The notes under the pieces: generated by a model | Databases searched by the model: none | What the model was told of the DNA's origin: nothing | What the model saw: only the letters and a program-made list of their open reading frames with translations | Shown: one piece after another, positions 55,271 to 64,000 of the stretch | Layout: the number at the start of each line of letters is the position of its first letter | How positions within the stretch are numbered: position 1 is the first letter of the stretch | Assembly: GCF_009914755.1 (NCBI RefSeq) | Contig: NC_060933.1 | Source of the DNA: the human T2T-CHM13v2.0 reference genome, Homo sapiens | Direction: 5' to 3' (one strand) | DNA: 64,000 nucleotides | Program-made: the position numbers and the translations under genes

Positions 55271-58200
55271 AGGTTGATTCCATTCCATTCCACTCCATTC
55301 CGTTCCATTGCATTCCATTCCATTGTATTCGGGTTAATTCCATTCCATTCCATTCCATTCCATTCCATTCCATTCCATTCCATTACAATCGAGTTGATTC
55401 CACTCCATTCCATTCCATTCCAGTCCTTTCCATTCCATTCCACTCGGGTTGATTCCATTCTATTAGTTTCCATTCCATTCCATTCCCTTCCATTCCACTC
55501 TGGTTGATTCCATTCCTTACCATTCCACTCGAAAACATTCCCTCCTATTCCACTCGGAACGATTCCATTCCATTCCATTCCATTCCACTCCATTCCATTC
55601 CATTCTATTCCATTCCATTCCATTCCGTTCCATTCCATTCCATTCCATTCGGATTGATTCTTTTCATCTCCCTTACTCTCCATTACATTCCATTCCATTC
55701 GGGTTGTTCCATTCCATTCCATTCCATTCCACTCCATTCCATTGTACTCGGGTTGATTCCATTCCATTCCATTCCATTCCATTCCATTCCATTCCATTCC
55801 GGATGATTCCATTCCATTGCATTCCGTTCCATTACATTCCCCTGCACTCGCGTTGATTCCATTCCATTCCATTCCATTCCATTCAATTCCATTCCATTAC
55901 AATTCGTTCCATTCCATTCTATTCCGTACCATTCCATTCCATTCCATACCATTCCATTCCATTCCATTCCGTTCCATTCCGTTCCATTCCATTCCATTCC
56001 ATTCTGTTCGGATTAATTCCATTGCATTCCATTCCTTTCCATTCCTTTCCATTGCATTCAATTCCATTCCATTCCGGATGATTCCATTCCATTGCATTCC
56101 ATTCCATTCCATTCCCCTGCACTCGGGTTGATTCCATTCCATTCCATTCCATTCCATTACATTCCGTTCCATTCCATTCCATTCCATTCGGATTGATTCT
56201 ATTCTATTCCCTTACACTCCATTACATTCCATTCCATTCGGGTAGTTTCCATTCCATTCCGTGCCATTCCTCTCCATTCCATTGCACTCGGGTTGATTCC
56301 ATTCCATTCCATTCCATTCCATTACATTACATTCCATTCCGTTCCATTGTACTCGAGTTGATTCCATTCCATTGCATTCCATTCCATTCCATTCCATTCC
56401 ATTCCATTCCATTCCATTCCATTCCGTTCCATTCCATTACATTCGGATTGATTCTATTCAAATCCCTTACTCTCCATTACATTCCATTCCATTCGGGTTG
56501 TTCCATTCCTTTCCATTCCATTCCACTCCATTCCATTGCGCTTGGGTTGATTCCATTCCATTCCATTCCATTCCATTCCATTCCATTCCATTCCATTCTG
56601 GATGATTCCATTCCATTACATTCCGTTCCATTACATTCCCCTGCACTCGGGTTGATTCCATTCCATTCCATTCCATTCCATTCCATTCGATTCCATTCCA
56701 TTCCAATTCTTTCCATTCCATTCTATTCCGTACCATTCCATTCCATTCCATACAATTCCATTCCATTCCATTCCACTCCGTTCCGTTCCGTTCCGTTCTG
56801 TTCCGTTCCATTCCATTCCATTCCATTCTATTCGGTTTAATTCCATTCCATTCCATTCCATTCCATTCCATTCTATTCCATTCCATTGCAATCGAGTTGA
56901 ATCCATTGCATTCCATTCCATTCCATTCCATTCCATTCCATTCCACTCCATTCCGGAAGATTCCATTCCATTGCATTCCATTCCATTCCATTCCATTCCA
57001 TTCCATTGTATTCGGTTTGATTCCATTCCATTGCATTGCATTCCATTCCATTCCATTCCATTTCATTCCATTCCCTTCCATTCCATTCCATTTCATTCGG
57101 ATTGATTCTTTTCAACTCCCTTACCCTCCATTACATTCCATTCCATTCCGGTTGTGCCATTCCATTCCATTCCATTCCACTCCATTCCATTGACTCGGGT
57201 TGATTCCATTCCATTCCATTCCATTCCATTCCGGATGATTCCATTCCATTGCATTCCGTTCCATTACATTCCCCTGCACTCGGGTTGATTCCATTCCATT
57301 CCTTTCCATTCCATTCGATTCCATTCCATTCCCCTGCACTCGCGTTGATTCCATTCCATTCCATTCCATTCCATTCCATTCCATTCCTTTCCGTTCCATT
57401 CCATTCCATTACATTCGGATTGATTCTATTCAATTCCCTTACACTCCATTACATTCCATTCCATTCGGGTAGTTTCCATTCCATTCCATTCCATTCCTCT
57501 CCATTCCATTGCACTCGGGTTGATTCCATTCCATTGCATTCCATTCCATTCCATTCAATTCCATTCCGTTCCATTCCATTCCATTACATTCGGATTGATT
57601 CTATTCAACTCCCTTACTCTCCATTACATTCCATTCCATTCGGGTTGTTCCATTCCATTCCATTCCATTCCATTCCATTCGATTGCAATCGAGTTGATTC
57701 CACTCCATTCCATTCCATTGCATTCCATTCCATTCAATTCCGGAAGATTCCATTCCATTGCATTCCATTCCATTCCATTCCCCTGCACTCGCGTTGATTC
57801 CATTCCATTCCATTCTATTCCATTCCATTCCTTTCCTTTCCGTTCCATTCCATTCCATTCCATTCCATTCCATTCCATTCCATTCCGTTCCGTTCCATTC
57901 CATTCCATTCCATTCCATTCTATTCGGTTAATTCCATTCCATTCCATTCGATTGCAATCGAGTTGATTCCATTCCATTCCATTCCATTCCATTCCATTCC
58001 ATTCCATTCCTTTCCATTCCATTACGGATGATTCCATTCCATTGCATTCCATTCCATTCCATTCCCCTGTACTCGGGTTGATTCCATTCCATTCCATTCC
58101 AATCCATGCCATTGCACTCGTGTTGATTCCATTCATTCCATTCCATTCAAGTTGAATCCATTCCATTGCATTCCATTCTATTCGATTCCATTTGATTGCA

Positions 58201-58769
58201 CTCGGGTTGATTCCATTCCATTGCATTCCATTCCATTCCAATCCATTCCATTCCATTCCATTCCATTCCTTTCCATTCCATTCCATTCCATTCCATTCCG
58301 TTCCATTCCATTCCATTACATTCGGATTGATTCTATTCAATTCCCTTACACTCCATTACATTCCATTCCATTCGGGTAGTTTCCATTCCATTCCATTCCA
58401 TTCCTCTCAATTCCATTGAACTCGGGTTGATTCCATTCCATTGCATTCCATTCCATTCCATTCAATTCCATTCCGTTCCATTCCATTCCATTACATTCGG
58501 ATTGATTCTATTCAACTCCCTTACTCTCCATTACATTGCATTCCATTCGGGTTGTTCCATTCCATTCCATTTCATTCCACTCCATTCCATTGCACTCGGG
58601 TATATTCCATTCCATTCCATTCCATTCCATTCCATTCCATTCCTTTCCGTTCCATTCCATTCCATTCCATTCCATTACGTTCCGTTCCGTTCCATTCCAT
58701 TCCATTCCATTCTATTCGGGTTAATTCCATTCCATTCCATTCGATTGCAATCGAGTTGATTCCATTCCA

Positions 58770-61700
58770 TTCCATTCCATTTCATTCCGGAAGATTCCAT
58801 TCCATTGCATTCCATTCCATTCCATTCCCCTGCACTCGCGTTGATTCCATTCCATTCCATTCCATTCCATTCCATTCCGTTCCGTTCCATTCCATTCCAT
58901 TCCATTCCATTCCATTCCGTTCCGTTCCATTCCATTCCATTCCATTCTATTCGGGTTAATTCCATTCTATTCCATTCGATTGCAATCGAGTTGATTCCAT
59001 TCCATTCCATTCCATTCCATTCCTTTCTATTACATTACGGATGATTCCATTCCATTGCATTCCATTCCATTCCATTCCCCTGTACTAGGGTTGATTCCAT
59101 TCCATTCCATTCCAATCCATGCCATTCCACTAGTGTTGATTCCATTCTTTCCATTCCATTCAAGTTGAATCCATTCCATTGTATTCCATTCCATTCGATT
59201 CCATTCGATTGCACTCGGGTTGATTCCATTCCATTGCATTCCATTCCATTCCACTCCATTCCATTCCATTCCATTCCATTCCATTACATTCGGATTGATT
59301 CTATTCAATTCCCTTACACTCCATTACATTCCATTCCATTCGGGTAGTTTCCATTCCATTCCATTCCATTCCTCTCCATTCCATTGCACTCGGGTTGATT
59401 CCATTCCATTGCATTCCATTCCATTCCATTCAATTCCATTCCGTTCCATTCCATTCCATTACATTCGGATTGATCCTATTCCACTCCCTTACTCTCCATT
59501 ACATTCCATTCCATTCGGGTTGTTCCATTCCATTCCATTCCTTTCCATTCCATTCCATTTCATTCGGATTGATTCTATTCAACACCCTTACTCTCCATTA
59601 CATTCCATTCCATTCGGGTTGTTCCATTCCATTCCATTCCATTCCACTCCATTCCATTGGACTCGGGTTTATTCCATTCCATTCCATTCCATTCCATTCC
59701 ATTCCATTCCATTCCGGAAGATTCCATTCAATTGCATTCCATTCCATTCCATTCCCTTGCACTCGCATTGATTCCATTCCATTCCATTCCATTCCATTCC
59801 ATTCCTTTCCGTTCCATTCCATTCCATTCCATTCCATTCCATTCCAATGCATTCCATTCCGTTCAGTTCCGTTCCATTCCATTCCATTCCATTCTATTCG
59901 GGTTAATTCCATTCCATTCCGTTCGATTGCAATCGAGTTGATTCCATTCCATTCCATTCAATTCCATTCCATTCCATTCCATTCCTTTCCATTCCATTAC
60001 GGATGATTCCATTCCATTGCATTCCATTCCATTCCATTCCCCTGTACTCGGGTTGATTCCATTCCATTCCATTCCAATCCATGCCATTCCACTCGTGTTG
60101 ATTCCATTCCATTCAAGTTGAGTCCATTCCTTTGCATTCCATTCCATTCCATCCCCCTGCAGTCGGGTTCTTTCCATTCCATTCCATTCCATTCCATTCC
60201 ATTCCGTTCCGTTCCGTTCCGTTCCATTCCATTCCATTCCATTCTATTCGGGTTAATTCCATTCCATTCCATTCCATTCCATTCCATTCCATTCCAATCG
60301 GGTTGATTCCATTCCATTCCATTCCATTCCATTCCACTCCATTCCAGTCCTTTCCATTCCATTCCACTCGGGTTGATTCCAATGTATTCCTTTCCATTCC
60401 ATTCCATTCCATTGCAATCGAGTTGATTCCATTGCTTTGCATTCCATTCCATTCCATTCCATTCCGGATGATTCCATTCCATTGCATTCCATTCTATTCC
60501 ATTCCCCTGCACTCGGGTTGATTCCATTCCATTCCACTCCATTCCGTTCCATTCCATTCCATTGCATTGTATTCGGGTTAAATCCATTCCATTCCATTCC
60601 ATTCCATTCCATTCCATTCCATTCCATTCCATTCCATTACAATCGAGTTGATTCCATTCCATTCCATTCCATTCCAGTCCTTTCCATTCCATTCCTCTCG
60701 GGTTGATTCCATTCTATTAGTTTCCATTCCATTCCATTCCCTTCCATTCCACTCTGGTTGATTCCATTCCTATCCATTCCACTCGAATACATTCCCTCCT
60801 ATTCCACTCGGAACGATTCCATTCCATTCCATTCCATTCCATTCCATTCCATTCCATTCCATTGCGTTCCATTCCATTCTATTCCGTATCATACCATTCC
60901 ATTCCATTACATTCCATTCCATTCCATTGTACTCGGCTTGATTCAATTCCATTGCATTTCATTCCATTCCATTCCGTTGCATTCCATTCCATTACATTCG
61001 GATTGATTCTATTCAACTCCCTTACTCTCCATTACATTCCATTCCATTCGGGTTGTTCCATTCCATTCCATTCCATTCCAATCCATTCCATTGCACTCGG
61101 GTTGATTACATTCCATTCCATTCCATTCCGGATGATTCCATTCCATTGCATTCCGTTCCATTACATTCCCCTGCACTCGCGTTGATTCCATTCCATTCCA
61201 TTCCATTCCATTCAATTCCATTCCATTACAATTCGTTCCATTCCATTCTATTCCGTACCATTCCATTCCATTCCATACCATTCCATTCCATTCCATTCCA
61301 TTCCATTCCATTCTATTCGGATTAATTCCATTCCATTCCATTCCATTCCATTCTATTCCATTCCATTGCAATCGAGTTGAATCCATTGCATTCCATTCCA
61401 TTCCATTCCATTCCATTCCATTCCATTTCATTCCGGAAGATTCCATTCCATTGCATTCCATTCCATTCCATTCCCCTTCACTCGCGTTGATTCCATTCCA
61501 TTCCATTCCATTCCATTCCATTCCGTTCCGTTCCATTCCATTCCATTCCATTCCATTCCATTCCGTTCCGTTCCATTCCATTCCATTCCATTCTATTCGG
61601 GTTAATTCCATTCTATTCCATTCGATTGCAATCGAGTTGATTCCATTCCATTCCGTTCCATTCCATTCCTTTCCATTACATTACGGATGATTCCATTCCA

Positions 61701-64000
61701 TTGCATTCCATTCCATTCCATTCCCCTGTACTAGGGTTGATTCCATTCCATTCCATTCCAATCCATGCCATTCCACTCGTGTTGATTCCATTCTTTCCAT
61801 TCCATTCAAGTTGAATCCATTCCATTGTATACCATTCCATTCGATTCCATTCGATTGCAGTTGGGTTGATTCCATTCCATTGCATTCCATTCCATTCCAT
61901 TCCATTCCATTCCGTTCCATTCCATTCCATTACATTCGGATTGATTCTATTCAATTCCCTTACACTCCATTACATTCCATTCCATTCGGGTAGTTTCCAT
62001 TCCATTCCATTCCATTCCTCTCCATTCCATTGCACTCGGGTTGATTCCATTCCATTGCATTCCATTCCATTCCATTCAATTCCATTCCGTTCCATTCCAT
62101 TCCATTACATTCGGATTGATCCTATGCAACTCCCTTACTCTCCATTACATTCCATTCCATTCGGGTTGTTCCATTCCATTCCATTCCTTTCCATTCCATT
62201 GCATTACTTTCGGATTGATTCTATTCAACTCCCTTACTCTCCATTACATTCCATTCCATTCGGGTTGTTCCATTCCATTCCATTCCATTCCACTCCATTC
62301 CATTTCACTCGGGTTTATTCCATTCCATTCCATTCCATTCCATTCCATTCCATTCCATTCCGGAAGATTCCATTCCATTGCATTCCATTCCATTCCATTC
62401 CCTTGCACTCGCGTTGATTCCATTCCATTCCATTCCATTCCATTCCATTCCTTTCCGTTCCATTCCATTCCATTCCATTCCATTCCAATGCATTCCATTC
62501 CGTTCCGTTCCGTTCCATTCCATTCCATTCCATTCTATTCGGGTTAATTCCATTCCATTCCGTTCGATTGCAATCGAGTTGATTCCATTCCATTCCATTC
62601 AATTCCATTCCATTCCATTCCATTCCTTTCCATTCCATTACGGATGATTCCATTCCATTGCATTCCATTCCATTCCATTCCCCTGTACTCGGGTTGATTC
62701 CATTCCATTCCGTTCCAATCCATGCCATTCCACTCGTGTTGATTCCATTCTTTCCATTCCATTCAAGTTGAATCCATTCCATTGCATTCCATTCCATTCC
62801 ATTCCCCTGCAGTCGGGTTGTTTCCATTCCATTCCATTGCATTCCATTCCATTCCATTCCGTTCCGTTCCTTTCCATTCCATTCCATTCCATTCTATTCG
62901 GGTTAATTCCATTCCATTCCATTCCATTCCATTCCATTCCAATCGAGTTGATTCCATTCCATTCCATTCCATTCCATTCCACTCCATTGCAGTCCTTTCC
63001 ATTCCATTCCACTCGGGTTGATTCCAATGTATTCCTTTCCATTCCATTCCATTCCATTGCAATCGAGTTGATTCCATTGCTTTGCATTCTATTCCATTCC
63101 ATTCCATTGCATTCCATTCCATTCCATTCCGCTGCACTCGGGTTGATTCCATTCCATTCCACTCCATTCCGTTCCATTCCATTCCATTGCATTGTATTCG
63201 GGTTAATTCCATTCCATTCCATTCCATTCCATTCCATTCCATTACAATCGAGTTGATTCCATTCCATTCCATTCCATTCCAGTCCTTTCCATTCCATTCC
63301 TCTCGGGTTGATTCCATTCTATTAGTTTCCATTCCATTCCATTCCCTTCCATTCCACTCTGGTTGATTCCATTCCTTTCCATTCCACTCGAATACATTCC
63401 CTCCTATTCCAATCGGAACGATTCCATTCCATTCCATTCCATTCCATTCCATTCCATTTCGTTCCATTCCATTCTATTCCGTATCATTCCATTCCATTTC
63501 ATTCCCTTCCATTCCATTCCATTCCATTCCATTCCATTGTACTCGGGTTGATTCAATTCCATTGCATTCCATTCCATTCCATTCCATTCCATTCCGTTGC
63601 ATTCCATTCCATTACCTTCGGATTGATTCTATTCAACTCCCTTACTCTGCATTACATTCCATTCCATTCGCGTTGTTCCATTCCATTCCATTCCATTCCA
63701 CTCCATTCCATTGCACTCGGGTTGATTCCATTCCATTCCATTCCATTCCATTATATTGCGGATGATTCCATTCCATTGCATTCCGTTCCATTACATTCCC
63801 CTGCACTCGCGTTGATTCCATTCCATTCCATTCCATTCCATTCAATTCCATTCCATTACAATTCGTTCCATTCCATTCTATTCCGTACCATTCCATTCCA
63901 TTCAATACCATTCCATTCCATTCCATTCCATTCCGTTCCATTCCGTTCCATTAAATTCCATTCCATTCTATTCGAATTAATTCCATTCCATTCCATTCCA
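58770..64000 (+). repeat. Tandem duplication, 2 copies of ~2.65 kb, second copy running to the window end
   Basis: ORF pairs are offset by 2646 (58805/61451, 59165/61811, 59220/61866). Shared private variants are TGTACTAGGG, GGATTGATCCTAT, CCCTTGCACTC, CCAATGCATTCC and CCGTTCGATTGC. Confidence 0.88.

Larger units (their letters stand above)
1..64000 (+). repeat. Satellite III (HSat3-type) tandem array, (CATTC)n on + / (GGAAT)n on -
   Basis: CATTC pentamers run from base 1 to base 64000, interspersed with the classical satellite III spacer (A/C)TCGGGTTG followed by ATTCC. There is no unique sequence, the orientation never changes, and both ends are inside the array. Confidence 0.98.

Noticed and set aside
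1-64000. CRISPR-like repeat/spacer architecture
   Set aside because: The intervening modules are a small reused vocabulary derived from the pentamer, not unique spacers of constant length. There is no leader and no cas gene.
1-64000. Transposon (Alu/L1/LTR) insertion or other unique sequence
   Set aside because: I saw no poly-A tail, no target-site duplication and no non-satellite stretch. The most complex segments, such as CTCGAATACATTCCCTCCTATTCCACTCGGAACG, stay in pentamer register and recur many times.
1-64000. Strand inversion of the array
   Set aside because: No run of GGAAT appears on the + strand; orientation is uniform across the window.
1-64000. Single global higher-order repeat (e.g. 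a DYZ1-like 3.6 kb unit)
   Set aside because: Marker module spacing is irregular. Periodicity is only local and differs between regions (0.45, 0.67, ~1, 1.85, 2.65 and 3.0 kb).
1-64000. HSat2, alpha satellite or telomeric repeat
   Set aside because: There is no dominant CATTCGATTC-type HSat2 unit, no 171-bp monomer or CENP-B box, and no TTAGGG run (the TTAGGG hexamers at ~5989 and ~9414 are isolated point variants).
1-64000. Pathogenic (TGGAA)n expansion of the SCA31 type
   Set aside because: The pentamer is the same, but this is a long, diverged, module-rich heterochromatic array with no genic flanks, not a pure intronic expansion.

Overview
The whole 64 kb window is one uninterrupted array of classical satellite III (HSat3-type) DNA: a diverged (CATTC)n/(GGAAT)n pentamer backbone, C/T-rich on the + strand throughout, punctuated by about a dozen recurring variant modules (e.g. 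CACTCGGGTTGATTCC, CGGATTGATTCTATTCAA, TCGATTGCAATCGAGTTG, CCGGAAGATTCC). This is primate, most likely human, pericentromeric heterochromatin. The module vocabulary resembles the chr9q12-type satellite III, but that assignment is from memory and unverified. I see no genes, RNA genes, transposon insertions, CRISPR arrays or strand inversions, and every ORF in the track is a translation of the pentamer (MEWNG/IPFHS). I found no new gene system. The structure worth following up is: (i) a recurring module that is a perfect canonical heat shock element (aTTCcgGAAgaTTCc, about 50 intact copies by eye); (ii) a fixed module order with remnants of a ~1.8 kb unit, including about 3 tandem copies at ~49-55 kb; (iii) nested tandem and dispersed duplications from 50 bp to 3 kb, traceable by private variants; (iv) short palindromes inside the variant modules; (v) near-strict 5-bp register conservation. 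All counts and boundaries were read by eye and are approximate.
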